A stretch of 64,000 bases of DNA from Candidatus Cloacimonadales bacterium (GTDB lineage: Bacteria > Cloacimonadota > Cloacimonadia > Cloacimonadales > JAIOQZ01), in NCBI GenBank assembly GCA_963662655.2, contig CAXXTU010000002.1:736001-800000 (forward strand). The letters are read 5' to 3'. Of this stretch, positions 1 to 10,926 are shown piece by piece (position 1 is the stretch's first letter; each line of letters begins with the position of its first letter). Position numbers and translations under genes: made by a program. Below the pieces are notes generated by a model. The model ran no database searches. It was not told the origin of the DNA and saw only the letters and a program-made list of their open reading frames with translations.

Positions 1-191
1 TGGATGACAGGGAAGATCTGGTCATCGTGAATTCGAATTATGAATTGGGGGTACTGAGCTGGAGTTACTACATCCCATCCACGAAGTTTACCGTGGTGTG
101 CAGGACGCTGGAATACACGGAGAACACGATAGACTTCAAATGGAACAATGGCATTCTGAAGGGAACGGAGACGCTTCGCAGAGTGAATTGA
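1..191 (+). CDS. 3' end of hypothetical protein (partial)
   Basis: Open frame from position 3 (DDREDLVIVNSNYELGVLSWSYY...TETLRRVN) to TGA at 189-191. Confidence 0.6.
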   Translation, partial: DDREDLVIVNSNYELGVLSWSYYIPSTKFTVVCRTLEYTENTIDFKWNNGILKGTETLRRVN

Positions 192-671
192 TCAATCGTC
201 CCGCGATTCCTTGCCGTCCGCGTCGATAATGTCCTCGTCCATCTCGATCAAATCATCCACACGGCTGTCAAGCATCAGATCGCGCTTCATCATCCCGCGA
301 TCGAACCATAAATCGTAGAGCAATTCTCCGGATTCGTCCCACCCGCGAAATCTTCCGTGCAGCATTCCGTTGCGATAGGAAGCCTCAAGTTCCTTTTTCG
401 TATTCGGATAGAACAGAACATTGAAGCCGTTCTTCTCCCCATTCGAATACTGACAAATCCCCTGGATAGATCCGTCGGGGTACATATTATAGCTCACTCC
501 GCTGAATGGAGAATTGTTCGAGTACGTCAGATTTCCAAGGTTCTCCAATTGGCCTGCATCAATGGCTTGATTCAGATCGAAATCACTGACAGATAAACCT
601 CCATCGTCTTCACTCGCGAAGATCATCGATGCACACAACGTCAACAATACAAGCCAGAAATATCTATACAT
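192..671 (-). CDS. Secreted MORN-variant repeat protein (YwqK-like)
   Basis: Signal peptide MYRYFWLVLL; repeats YxNGxKNG / YRNGMLHGRFRGWDESGEL; AGGA upstream of ATG. Confidence 0.75.
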   Translation of the reverse strand: MYRYFWLVLLTLCASMIFASEDDGGLSVSDFDLNQAIDAGQLENLGNLTYSNNSPFSGVSYNMYPDGSIQGICQYSNGEKNGFNVLFYPNTKKELEASYRNGMLHGRFRGWDESGELLYDLWFDRGMMKRDLMLDSRVDDLIEMDEDIIDADGKESRDD

Positions 672-822
672 AGCATCCTTCCTGTTACTGTCTATTAAAA
701 AAATAGTAGAATTTATCGCTCGCGCAACCATAAACCTCTCAATTCACGCGGCCAAGAAATCCTTGACATACTGTGATTGTCCAGCGTTTTAACACTCATG
801 GTTTATATCTTTGGGAGGTATC

Positions 823-1725
823 ATGCAGGTAAAAGTACTTGATGATCTTATCACTTTAGCTCAATCCAGGCCTCGAAAGCGACTCGTGGTGGCTTTCGGT
901 CAGGATCCAAACACAATTGGAGCGGTTCAGAAAGCTGTTGAAATGAAAATCGTCGACGCCACGTTGGTGGGTGACCAGGAAGAAATTATCAGTCTGTGCA
1001 AGAAGCACTCGATCGATCCGGGAATTTTTGAGATCGTACACGTGCCGGACGAGACCGAATCCGGAAATGTCAGTGTCCAAATGATCCACGAGGGGAAGGC
1101 CGATATGATCATGAAGGGGCTGATCAGCACCGACAAGTACATGCGCTCGATTCTTAACAAGGAATTCGGCATGTTGAAGCCGGGAGCCACCTTATCTCAC
1201 GTTTCGGTGATTGAAGTTCCAATGTATCACAAACTCCTCATCGTGGGCGATGTCGCGATCATTCCCGAACCCGATTTGAAGCAAAAAATAGCCATCACGA
1301 ACTTCTTGATCGACGCTGCACACAATATCGGGATCGAGAAGCCGAAGGTTGCGATTGTCGCAGCGACGGAGAAAGCGAATCCCAAGATGCAGGTATGTGT
1401 CGATGCGGCGATTATCTCCAAGATGGCGGATCGAGGACAGATCAAAGGTGCGTATGTGGACGGCCCGGTTGCGCTGGATGTTGCAATTGATAAAGAAAGC
1501 TGCGAAATCAAGAAGATTGATAGTCCCGTTGCTGGCGATGCGGACTGTCTTTTGTTCCCTGATATTCATTGTGGCAATGTTTTCTATAAAGCCATGACAA
1601 AGCTTGCCGGCGCTGAGCTTGCCGCCGTCGTGATCGGTGCGGAGAAACCCGCGATTCTCAGCTCGCGTGGCGATAGCGAGAAAACGAAACTCTATTCCAT
1701 CACGCTTGCTGCACTTATGTCGTAA
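823..1725 (+). CDS. ptb: Phosphate butyryltransferase / PTA-PTB family acyltransferase
   Basis: ADMIMKGLIST, VDGPVALDVA, VAGDADCLLFPDIHCGNVFYK, SRGDS motifs; GGGAGG RBS. Confidence 0.85.
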   Translation: MQVKVLDDLITLAQSRPRKRLVVAFGQDPNTIGAVQKAVEMKIVDATLVGDQEEIISLCKKHSIDPGIFEIVHVPDETESGNVSVQMIHEGKADMIMKGLISTDKYMRSILNKEFGMLKPGATLSHVSVIEVPMYHKLLIVGDVAIIPEPDLKQKIAITNFLIDAAHNIGIEKPKVAIVAATEKANPKMQVCVDAAIISKMADRGQIKGAYVDGPVALDVAIDKESCEIKKIDSPVAGDADCLLFPDIHCGNVFYKAMTKLAGAELAAVVIGAEKPAILSSRGDSEKTKLYSITLAALMS

Positions 1726-1747
1726 GGGATTGTCCTGATGTTTTTCG

Positions 1748-1773
1748 AGGCTGCTACGGCAGCCTTTTTTTTT
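1748..1773 (+). terminator. Intrinsic terminator
   Basis: AGGCTGC-tacg-GCAGCCT followed by T-run. Confidence 0.8.
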
Positions 1774-2282
1774 AAAATTTTCATCCGAATGAACGCGGGG
1801 AGTGGGAAAGGTACCTGCAAGGTGATGCTGCTCAATTCGTGTCATATTTAGCTTTATTATCATTTCGGTAGTAACCTTAAAAACTTGTTTTGTATCGAGA
1901 ATGCCTGATTCAGACTTTCCTGAATGCGTTAGAAAATCAGCATATCGTGATTTTGATGAGTTTGTGGATTGACAATCACTTTGTTCATGTATTGAAAATA
2001 ACGAAAAAGCAGATGGAATATTTGGCAATTTGCATAGGAATATTATATTGTATTTTGCTTGTGAGGCAACTGCTCAATGTTATGGGGCTGTTTCACGACT
2101 GTTAGTGCAACTGAACCCCTTCCCAATTGATATATTTAACAGTAACATCGTTTTTTGGCGTGAGTTCAGAAACAATGTTGAACATTGAACGCTGAACTCG
2201 AGTTGATTTTCCAAATCGTATAAGAAAAGTCATATGAAGATTATCTAACAACGCCCCAACAGACTTTACAAAGGAGTAAGAC

Positions 2283-3584
2283 ATGAAAACAAGTTTTATC
2301 TGTATCATTATGATTCTCGTTTCCACAGTACTCATGGGAGTAACGGATCTCCAGAATTTCAACAATACCAGTGATTTGACCACGTGGTTCAATCCCGATG
2401 CGACCCCGGTATTCACCAATATATCGACAGGTGGATTGAGCAATTCAGGCAGCGTTTCCATTCCTATAGGCAGTTTCGACGTTTGGACGGGAGTATATTC
2501 GTTCGGACTTCCGTCTATAGGCAATCAGGCTGTTTTAAGCGGATATTTTTTAATCGGTGCTAATAGCGGCTACTCTGGCTTCGGTCTTGCTACGGCGGAC
2601 GTCAATGAGATCAACAATGAATGTAATATCACAACATCCAACAGTCTTGGCGTTCAATTCCATGGTGGTGGTGGAGCTTTCTTCAACAATACGGCAAGCC
2701 AAAACCTGGACTGGTTCGACGAGGATGGAGACCTGCTTGAGGGGAGCTGGTATAAAATCACCTTCACGATTGACAGAACTGCCGAGAGTACATTCGATCT
2801 CGAAATGGACATCTGGTTGTCCGATTCGGATGGTGTCCTTCAGAGTCGGCACACAATTCAGAATTGGAGCTGCACGAACACCGATATAAGCGCCGCCGCA
2901 GAATTGTATCCGTATTTTTGCAATGCAAGTGAGCGCTCGTCCCATATGGACGACTTCTACGTGCAAGCCGAAGAGATCACGTTACCCGTAACGATGTCCT
3001 CCTTCACAGCATCCGTGACCGCTTCCAACTTCGTAATGCTTCAGTGGATCACCGAATCCGAGAGCGAGATGATGGGATACAACGTCCATCGTAGCGCGGC
3101 TGCAAACCTCGAAGACGCGATCCGGATGAATGTGTTGACAATCCCCGCATATAATAATCCCACTCAAAGCGAGTACAGCTACATGGATGAGGAAGTCGAT
3201 TCCGAACAAACATACTACTACTGGCTGGAGAGCGTTGAGCTGAACGGTTCGTCGAGATTCTACGGCCCGCAGATTGTGACCGTTACAGAAACATCAGAAC
3301 CGGACGATACTCCAGAGGTTGTGTATGCGACTGGAATAAAGAGTGTATTCCCCAATCCGTTCAACCCTATGACGACCATTAGCTACAGTTTGGCGAGCGA
3401 TCAGACCGTTCACTTCACCATGTTCGATCTAAAAGGGCGCAAGGTGGGTGAGATGACGAAACAGGGAAACAAAGGTAATAACACTGTCACCTGGAACGCA
3501 GAAGGTCTCTCTTCGGGTATCTACTTCATCCGCATGAACGCAGGTGGTGAGGAAGAGACCCGTAAGGTGATGCTATTGAAGTAA
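2283..3584 (+). CDS. Secreted protein with C-terminal T9SS type A-like/FlgD-Ig sorting domain
   Basis: Signal peptide; TLPVTMSSFTA Ig/FN3 module; C-terminus FPNPFNPMTTISY...SGIYFIRM...RKVMLLK; AAGGAG RBS. Confidence 0.85.
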   Translation: MKTSFICIIMILVSTVLMGVTDLQNFNNTSDLTTWFNPDATPVFTNISTGGLSNSGSVSIPIGSFDVWTGVYSFGLPSIGNQAVLSGYFLIGANSGYSGFGLATADVNEINNECNITTSNSLGVQFHGGGGAFFNNTASQNLDWFDEDGDLLEGSWYKITFTIDRTAESTFDLEMDIWLSDSDGVLQSRHTIQNWSCTNTDISAAAELYPYFCNASERSSHMDDFYVQAEEITLPVTMSSFTASVTASNFVMLQWITESESEMMGYNVHRSAAANLEDAIRMNVLTIPAYNNPTQSEYSYMDEEVDSEQTYYYWLESVELNGSSRFYGPQIVTVTETSEPDDTPEVVYATGIKSVFPNPFNPMTTISYSLASDQTVHFTMFDLKGRKVGEMTKQGNKGNNTVTWNAEGLSSGIYFIRMNAGGEEETRKVMLLK

Positions 3585-3611
3585 TTGACTTTTCGTAATT
3601 GATAAAAGTAC

Positions 3612-3636
3612 AGCCGGTGCGAAGCCGGCTTTTTTT
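3612..3636 (+). terminator. Intrinsic terminator
   Basis: AGCCGG-loop-CCGGCT followed by T-run. Confidence 0.75.
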
Positions 3637-3647
3637 GCTGGTATAAC

Positions 3648-3775
3648 GTCATGGCATCTTTGCCCAATCATGTCACTCCACCGTGGATATAACATGTCCT
3701 CGAAGCTATCGAATGTACTGATAGGACATGTAACACCACGCCTGCGTGACATGATTGAACAAATCTGCTCATGAC
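3648..3775 (-). repeat. Structured hairpin element family 1, copy A
   Basis: Boxes GGCATCTT-GCCC / GTGGATATA / CTATCGAA / AACACCACG / GAAC-AATCTGCT shared with copies at 39446, 44631, 48438; intervening stems covary. Confidence 0.85.
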
Positions 3776-3785
3776 TATTGCCGTG

Positions 3786-6170
3786 TCAATCTGTTCGAAG
3801 GGAATCCACCGGTTTGATCCGCGAAACCTGAAGAATCCTGTACAGCATGGTTGCCACGGCGAAAACGACGATGACAGTGAACGGTATCGCGAAGTGGAGC
3901 CAGTTAATTGGGATACGGTAGTAGAACATCCCGATGAATTTACCTGAGAAATACCACGCTACGGGAATCGCGGGAAGTGCGGCGATCACAATCAGACCGA
4001 GGAAATCTTTGAGAAGTCGTATGGAGATATCGCTCGAAGTAGCTCCTATGACCTTGCGGATGCCGATTTCCCGCGTTCGCTGCTCGGTAATGAACACATT
4101 CAAGCCATAAAGGCCGATAAACGAAAGCAAGATCGATAAAAGCGCAAACCAGACGACGACATTCTTGATGTAGCTGAAGTAGCCGTATGAGCTCTCGATC
4201 ATGTCGGGAAGAAGATCGTACTCGAACGGGATGTCCGGGAATAACCGGGCGAAAGTCTCTTTCACATAATCAAACGTTTGCGCCCGACTCTCCGGAGCTA
4301 TCTTGATAAGAAGTGACTTACAGAATATAGCGTTCTGCCAGATTACCAGTGGCGATGCACCGCCTCCGGGGAGACTGTTCTCGAAGTCCTTTACGATCCC
4401 TATGATCGTACCGTTGAAGCGATGCAGGCGCAAGCTGTATCCAATGGGGTTTTCCAGATTCATCAGGGTAACGGCTCGTTCATTGAGGATAAAATCGTGT
4501 CCATCATCGGAAAGGTTATCGGATTGCAGGTAGTTCATCTCATTGAAATTTCTTCCGGCGATAAGGTCAAGGCCCAACGCGTCGATAATCCCATCGTCGG
4601 TCATCAGGAACTTGAAGTATAGATCCGTGTCACCCTCTTTACCTTCCCAGAATACAGGATTTCCAAACATAATCTGATAGGGAGAGTCCGAGACATGCGT
4701 CACAGCCAGCACCCCGGGATTGACCAGTAGCTTCTCGCGCAGTATTTCGTATTTGTCACCATACTGATGATTGAAGGCGATACTCAGCACCGCATCGGGA
4801 TTGAAGCCAGGGTCTTTGGCAAGCATGAAACGGAACTGCTTAACAATGATGAACGCGGTGGTCAGCAGCGTGATCGTTACGAAGAACTGGAACACGACAA
4901 GCGTTTTCCTGAGCAACTGCCTGGACGATCCGCTCGTGTGATAATACTTGGTCGAGACTGGATTGAATTCGGAGAGGTACATTGCCGGCAAGAATCCCGA
5001 GAGAAAGCTAACGGCGAGCACCAGCAGGGGGAGACTCAGCCAGAGGAGACGGTTTCCCCATTCAAGCTTGATCTCATCCCGCATCAACAGGTTGAAGCCC
5101 GGCAGCATGATTTCGACGAGAATGATTGAAATGACGATCGCGAGCGATACGATGATCAGCGCTTCGAGCATGAACTGCATCCAAAGCTGCGCACGGTTGG
5201 CTCCCACGATCTTGCGAATGCCCACTTCCCTGATTCGCGTAAATGCTCGCGCCATTGAGAGATTGAGGTAATTGATGCACGCGATACTGAGAATAACCAG
5301 CCCCGCTGCGCCGAAGATGAAAATGTAGATCAGGCTTTCCGATGGGGTTCCATCGGGTTTATGCAAGTGAATCTGTGAAAACTCCTGCAAGTGCAGCACT
5401 GCCCCGATTTCGTATTCGCGCGGACTGTATCGCTCGATCGCTTTTTCGATCTTGCTTTCGACCATATCCAACTCCTCGCCTTGATGCAGAAGTACATAGG
5501 CTTGAGTCTCGTAGGTCCATTTGCTCAGATTCTCTTTGCCTAGAACCTCCATCGGGAGGATGTAATCGAAGTCCAGGGACGAGTTGGACGGCATGTCATC
5601 GACAATAGCCCGAACCGTGAATTCCCCCTGAACAAGGCCCGAATTCAAGTCGTCGAACTCGACATGTATAACCTGTTCCATCGGATCGTTCTCACCGAAA
5701 AGCTTTTCGGCGCATGAGCGCGAGATGACAATGGAGCGGACATCCTCCAGCGCGCTTTCGGGATCGCCTCGCAGCACGGGGATATCGAAGATGCGGAAGA
5801 ATCCAGGCTCGGTGAGGGCTATGCTGCTCTCGTTGAAGCCTTGGCCTTTTACCCTGATTGTTACGTCATCGATGGAACGAAGCCTTGTGCCGTCTTCGAT
5901 CTCCGGGTATTCATCCACGATTATCGGTAAGATCGCGTACGGCGTGATGTGTCTCAGGTACATTTCTCCGCTAATCTCTACTCCAACCAGCAAACACGCG
6001 ATGCGATCGAGCTTCTCGTGGTGGTGGTCGAAAAGGAGGTGGCTCTGAATCCAGAGGACGAGAAGGATGCTCACCGCGATTCCGATTGACAGTCCGGCGA
6101 TGTTGATGAGCGTGAATCCCCGATGACGGAAGAGATTCCTGAAAGCGATTCTAAGAAAATTACGCAGCAT
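3786..6170 (-). CDS. ABC transporter permease, duplicated MacB/FtsX type
   Basis: RIAFRNLFRHRGFTLINIAGLSIG start; two REV/IGIRKI/VIGA FtsX motifs; 794 aa. Confidence 0.9.
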   Translation of the reverse strand: MLRNFLRIAFRNLFRHRGFTLINIAGLSIGIAVSILLVLWIQSHLLFDHHHEKLDRIACLLVGVEISGEMYLRHITPYAILPIIVDEYPEIEDGTRLRSIDDVTIRVKGQGFNESSIALTEPGFFRIFDIPVLRGDPESALEDVRSIVISRSCAEKLFGENDPMEQVIHVEFDDLNSGLVQGEFTVRAIVDDMPSNSSLDFDYILPMEVLGKENLSKWTYETQAYVLLHQGEELDMVESKIEKAIERYSPREYEIGAVLHLQEFSQIHLHKPDGTPSESLIYIFIFGAAGLVILSIACINYLNLSMARAFTRIREVGIRKIVGANRAQLWMQFMLEALIIVSLAIVISIILVEIMLPGFNLLMRDEIKLEWGNRLLWLSLPLLVLAVSFLSGFLPAMYLSEFNPVSTKYYHTSGSSRQLLRKTLVVFQFFVTITLLTTAFIIVKQFRFMLAKDPGFNPDAVLSIAFNHQYGDKYEILREKLLVNPGVLAVTHVSDSPYQIMFGNPVFWEGKEGDTDLYFKFLMTDDGIIDALGLDLIAGRNFNEMNYLQSDNLSDDGHDFILNERAVTLMNLENPIGYSLRLHRFNGTIIGIVKDFENSLPGGGASPLVIWQNAIFCKSLLIKIAPESRAQTFDYVKETFARLFPDIPFEYDLLPDMIESSYGYFSYIKNVVVWFALLSILLSFIGLYGLNVFITEQRTREIGIRKVIGATSSDISIRLLKDFLGLIVIAALPAIPVAWYFSGKFIGMFYYRIPINWLHFAIPFTVIVVFAVATMLYRILQVSRIKPVDSLRTD

Positions 6171-6270
6171 ACCATTCCCCCAAAACCTTGTTCATTAGTG
6201 AACGCACGATGATCACCAACGAACATTAAAACATTCGCATATCCCGTTAATTGTTGTAAAGAAATTATTA

Positions 6271-6286
6271 TGCAAGATTGGTGCCT
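6271..6286 (-). promoter_or_regulatory. Putative sigma-54 (-24/-12) promoter
   Basis: Minus strand AGGCACCAATCTTGCA = GG-N10-GC, about 100 nt upstream of the permease. Confidence 0.6.
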
Positions 6287-6413
6287 ATTGCTGATTTTAG
6301 TATATGAAAAAGAATAAAGAAATAGGTTGCCGATTTATTACCGAAAGCGTATTTTGACGGGTATCGATGATCAATACACGACACCGAAACCACCAGGGAA
6401 AAAGGAGCTGGAA

Positions 6414-7154
6414 ATGAGCGACCGGGAGTCAAAGATGTACGAGAAGATACTGGAATCCATTAACAAATATAACTGTCAGCTTGTTTGCGATTACGGGTGC
6501 GGCGACGGCGAGTTGCTCGATTACCTGAAGGACAAGAAACCCGATCTGGAGCTGTACGGGATCGATTATTTCTCGAAGTGGAAGGATGAGGGAGGGGCGG
6601 AGAACTATGTCAAGATCGATCGGGAAGGCGAATATTTCACGAAGCTTGCCGGTCTACGGATGTTCGACATGGTGGTCTCGACGCACGCCCTGCATCATTT
6701 TCAGTACCCGGTTAGCGAGCTGAGGACCATCGCCGGCATGATTCGCCCGGGTGGGTTGCTCGATCTGTACGACCACTGTTTCGATCACGGGTCGCAGCGG
6801 GGGTACGTGCGGTCGCTTTCCTCCCTGATCGGCGAGGCGACAAGCGCGCTACGCGGAATGTATCACCGCCATCACTATTCGCTGGAGGAAGCGGTGGATT
6901 TGCTGTCCGTAATATCTGGAGAGATGCTGGTTCATGAGGAGTTCAGGCTCGATGTCTCCGAAGAGGAGAGCGAGCAGTCCGCAAAGCGGAATCTCGAGCG
7001 CATCCAGGGTATGATTGACAAGATCACGCCGAAGTGGCCGGAATTCTGGCTCGATATCTTTCTGCCACTACTTGAGCTGGATTACAGGACCATCGAAAAA
7101 ACCGGTATGGACACCAGCTTGATGCTGCATATCATTGTACAGGTGAATGAATAG
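6414..7154 (+). CDS. Class I SAM-dependent methyltransferase
   Basis: DYGCGDG motif I, FDMVVSTHALHHF, IRPGG; AAGGAG RBS. Confidence 0.85.
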   Translation: MSDRESKMYEKILESINKYNCQLVCDYGCGDGELLDYLKDKKPDLELYGIDYFSKWKDEGGAENYVKIDREGEYFTKLAGLRMFDMVVSTHALHHFQYPVSELRTIAGMIRPGGLLDLYDHCFDHGSQRGYVRSLSSLIGEATSALRGMYHRHHYSLEEAVDLLSVISGEMLVHEEFRLDVSEEESEQSAKRNLERIQGMIDKITPKWPEFWLDIFLPLLELDYRTIEKTGMDTSLMLHIIVQVNE

Positions 7155-7171
7155 CTGATTGATTGGGGCCG

Positions 7172-8542
7172 TTAATTGTTCTCCAACCCCAACTGCTTCA
7201 TTTTCAAATAAATATGCTGGCGACTCAGGCCGGATATTCGCGCCGCCTCGGTGACGCTGTTGTCGGCGGTTTCCAGTAGCTTTTCGAAGAAGATGAGCTC
7301 GAACTCCGCCTTGGCTTCTTCGTAGTTCTCGGAGAATGACTGTGTGATCGAAGTCTTCTTCCCTTCCGTGAGGTAATCCGGGAGGTCGTCGGGGAGGATG
7401 TTTTTGTCGCTGCAAAGCGCAGCGGAATGCTCGATGACGTTCTGCAATTCCCGGATATTGCCTTCCCACGTTGCTTTCTTCAGCAGTTCGAGCGTATCCC
7501 GGGTGAGCTGATAGCCGGAAAGGCCATTCTCTTTCATGAAGAGATTCAGGAAATGCCGGGCGAGGAGCGGGATGTCTTCCACGCGCTCCCGCAATGGCGG
7601 AATGTTTATCTTGATGACGTTGAGCCGGTAATAGAGGTCCTTGCGGAACGTGCCGCGATTCATTTCATCTTCGAGCGTGCGGTTGGTGGCCGCGATGATG
7701 CGAACGTCAACCTTGATCTCCTGGTCGCTGCCGACTCTGCGGATGCTCTTTTCTTGCAGGACGCGCAGGAGCTTTACCTGGAAATTGGGCCCGGTTTCGC
7801 CGATCTCGTCCAGAAATAGCGTACCGTGATTCGCTTCCTCGAAGTACCCTTTCGCCTCTTTGTGGGCGTCGGTGAAAGCACCCTTGGTGTGGCCGAAGAG
7901 CAGGCTTTCAAGCAATGTCTCAGGAACGGCACCGCAATTCACTGCTACAAAAGGCTTTTCGCTGCGGTTACTGTTGTCGTGTATCATTCTGGCGATCATC
8001 TCTTTACCGGTACCGGTCTCACCCTCGAGCAGGATGGTCGAGTTCAGAACGGCAACCTTGTGAACAACTTCGAGCATTTTCTGGATTTCACGGCTGTTCC
8101 CGACGAAATCGCCACGGAGAAGGTTGGCGGAGAGCTTCATGCGGAGGCGCTTGTTTTCCTGCATGATGCTGTGGGAGTTGATGGCTTTATCGACTTGCAC
8201 GAGCAGGATTTCCAGGTCTAGAATCGGCTTCTCGATGAACTCGATCGCACCGGATTTCATTGCCTGAACGGCCATCTTGAGGGTCGCCTTGCCGCTCATG
8301 ACGAGAATGGGTATCTCCGGGTGTGCGTCTCGCAGCTTCTCCACGAACTCGAGGCCGTTAACCTGCGGCATAACCAGGTCGGAGACAATGCAGTCGAAGG
8401 CGTCATCTGCAAGAAGTCGGAACGCCTCTTCCGTCGAGCTGGTTGCAACGACATCGTAATTGACCTTGAGAACCCGTTCGCAAATCTCCAGAGATTCGCG
8501 TTCATCATCTACGACAAGCACTTTGGGGAGTTTCATATTCAT
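7172..8542 (-). CDS. Sigma-54-dependent response regulator (NtrC/AtoC family)
   Basis: REC domain, GETGTGKE Walker A, GAFTDA, RIIAATNR, GNIRELQN, Fis HTH. Confidence 0.95.
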   Translation of the reverse strand: MNMKLPKVLVVDDERESLEICERVLKVNYDVVATSSTEEAFRLLADDAFDCIVSDLVMPQVNGLEFVEKLRDAHPEIPILVMSGKATLKMAVQAMKSGAIEFIEKPILDLEILLVQVDKAINSHSIMQENKRLRMKLSANLLRGDFVGNSREIQKMLEVVHKVAVLNSTILLEGETGTGKEMIARMIHDNSNRSEKPFVAVNCGAVPETLLESLLFGHTKGAFTDAHKEAKGYFEEANHGTLFLDEIGETGPNFQVKLLRVLQEKSIRRVGSDQEIKVDVRIIAATNRTLEDEMNRGTFRKDLYYRLNVIKINIPPLRERVEDIPLLARHFLNLFMKENGLSGYQLTRDTLELLKKATWEGNIRELQNVIEHSAALCSDKNILPDDLPDYLTEGKKTSITQSFSENYEEAKAEFELIFFEKLLETADNSVTEAARISGLSRQHIYLKMKQLGLENN

Positions 8543-8610
8543 CCTTCAGTAAAACGATTTTCTTCAGTAAGGAAACAATTGAAATGGATATTTTGTCAAC
8601 AGAAGAAATC

Positions 8611-10168
8611 TCAGAGCTTGTAATCGAGGAACACGATGTGGAAGCCCAATTGTCGCTGGTCGGCGTCACGAAGGTAATCGAATTTGATCTTGATACTTGT
8701 CCACGACAGCTTTAACTTGATTGCGCCATCGAACGACGAATAGCTTCCGGCGTCCGAATCGATGCCCAGTTCCCAGCCTGCGTCCAGATCGAGCAAGCTC
8801 ATCTCATGGTGCAAGGCAAGGATTGTTCCGAAGAGGTAGATTTCGTCGGGGCTGTAGTAGTACCTTGAATCGTAGCGATACGATTTCGCGCTGAAGAATC
8901 CCCCGATCTCGATTTCCGGGAAGGAATACACCTCATTGCTGAACGATGCGCGGTTGGAGAATCCCCGATTGTCCCTCGTAACTACTGTGAGGCCGTAGGG
9001 AACATCCTCCGGATCGGCCTTCTGAAGCGTCTCGTCGTCCTTCACGAGATACCCGTCGAATGCGTTACGGAACGTCCAGCCGTTTTCCTCGTACGTCATA
9101 TCCAGGCTTACGTTTTCCCGACTCTTGTTCTCCCAGTAGTCGATGACCGAACTGTTGTAATATAGCTCGATCTCGAACGGCTCCGGGCTGTAATCGATGC
9201 CGAAATCCCAACCGGACCGCTCGCCTTGAACGAGGTTGTATTGGATTGCGCCATTCAAGGCCAGGTCGTATCCCGGTAGCAGCGACAGCTCCGCCTCCCA
9301 GAACTGGCTTGTTCGCCCCGATTTCTCGTCGATGTAGTCAACGCGGCTTTCGCGGTTGACCTGATCGTAGAGGTAGTTCGTTTGTACATATATATAGTCG
9401 CTAACGCGGCGGTCGATGAAAAAGAAGAAGCGCCGGTATCGGTAATTCCAGCGCGTCGTGCGATCTTCCGTGTAATTAACCGCGCTGTATACGTTCGAAC
9501 GCAGGAACCTGTTCAGGCTGCCTAACATAAGTAGCGATAGGATATCGGCGTCTGTTTGGAGCGCTTTTTCGTGGGCCCGGATCGCCGCGAAGGGACGATT
9601 GATCTCCACATTGATCTCTCCTAGTTTGCTCCACCATGTGCCCGAGTCGGGATTGCTTCCGATATGATTTTTCAGGAGACGGATTGCCTTGTAGGGCGAC
9701 CGGTACGCATCAACAAGCTGAAACAGAGATTTGAAGCTCTCATCGTCATAGTACGCCTGATAAGCCAGCGTGAAGTAGTACTCGGCTCTGTCGATGTTCC
9801 CGGCGAGTTGCTCGCAATCCCCCAGGCGCAGCAGGATTTCAGGTTTCCCGAAGTCGTAGTAAAGCTGGCGGTAGAGCTTTGCTGCCGTGGCGTACTCGGC
9901 ATTCCAGAAATAGTAGTCGGCGTGCTTGAGGCGGAGTTCGTAGGAGTGGGGGAAAGCGGAGACTGCTTTTTCAGCGATTTCTCTCGCCAGATCGAAGCGG
10001 CCTTCCAGCTCGCAGACTGATATCAGCTGATTGTAATAGGTGAGTAACGATGATTCTGCGGAGTGAAAAGGCGTCTCGGCGATTTTAAAACGTTGTATGC
10101 CCGAAAAGTGTCGTAATGCACACGAGTACGATTGTGCAGAGAGACAGTTTCAAGGCAAAGTTTCCCAT
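8611..10168 (-). pseudogene. TPR plus putative beta-barrel outer-membrane protein with a +1 frameshift after the signal peptide
   Basis: Signal peptide MGNFALKLSLCTIVLVCITTLFG stops at TAA 10085-10087; removing one base joins it to a frame open through to 8611 (TPR-like helices then beta-rich region). Confidence 0.7.
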
Positions 10169-10349
10169 TGTACGATATTCCTTAGTCATTTTCCGGTAGC
10201 AAGTAATGAGCTTACTGAATTTTCCGGAAAAAATGCTTTTTTTTAAAAATTTATCTAAAGATGCCCTTTCTGGCAACCGATAAGAAGATGAGACCTTTGA
10301 AAAGGACGTAGTATAAAGAGCCGATTCTGACTTCAACCCGGGAGGTTTT

Positions 10350-10826
10350 ATGACAATTCCCCGAGAGTTGAGTTTTCTGCGGAATCATGCTTCGCTCTCC
10401 CAAGAGCGGCAAGGTCAGACCAAAGCCGCTCGAAAGAAGATGGACAGGACAGAGCAGAAGACTTCAGACAGGGAAGTCAGGGATAATCGGATAACGAATG
10501 AATCAGAGAATAAGGCTTTGAAGGATTATGGCTCGGGAAGCGAATTCTCAGCAGAAATGGCGAACTCCAATTCGTTTCCTGACATTTTGCCCGAGAAGTC
10601 TGTTAACTTACGCGAAGCGGAAGGGGAAGATGACCACATCCTAGCACGCAATTCTTCCCCTTCGTCCTTTCCTCCGGAATCGGGAGATATCCAGATGTCC
10701 GGTTCTCGCGTAAGGATTCGCCAAAGTTTGTTCGGTTACGAAATCCAGGGAAAGGAACAAGCAATTCAAAAACTGAAGGATTCCGGAAACGCCAATCCAG
10801 AATCCAAAATCGATTTTGAGCGGTAG
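10350..10826 (+). CDS. Hypothetical hydrophilic protein
   Basis: GGGAGG RBS, 158-aa ORF followed by terminator. Confidence 0.55.
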   Translation: MTIPRELSFLRNHASLSQERQGQTKAARKKMDRTEQKTSDREVRDNRITNESENKALKDYGSGSEFSAEMANSNSFPDILPEKSVNLREAEGEDDHILARNSSPSSFPPESGDIQMSGSRVRIRQSLFGYEIQGKEQAIQKLKDSGNANPESKIDFER

Positions 10827-10854
10827 CGCTTCTATCAAGCGCTACCGTTTTTTT
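10821..10854 (+). terminator. Intrinsic terminator (3' half duplicated at 12535-12556)
   Basis: CGGTAGCGCTT-ctatc-AAGCGCTACCG plus T7. Confidence 0.8.
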
Positions 10855-10926
10855 ATGCACGTATGAAATTATTGGTTGACAGCTCTAAATAAGGGAATCA
10901 AATGTAAAAAAAACCAAGGTATAAAA

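Noticed and set aside
3648..3775. Family-1 hairpin as HDV-like or hairpin ribozyme, or as a canonical attC
   Set aside because: The cac-TCCNNN-gtg loop is present only in copies A and B and no P1 forms. The hairpin-ribozyme AGAAACA strand is absent, and there are no RYYYAAC/GTTRRRY ends.
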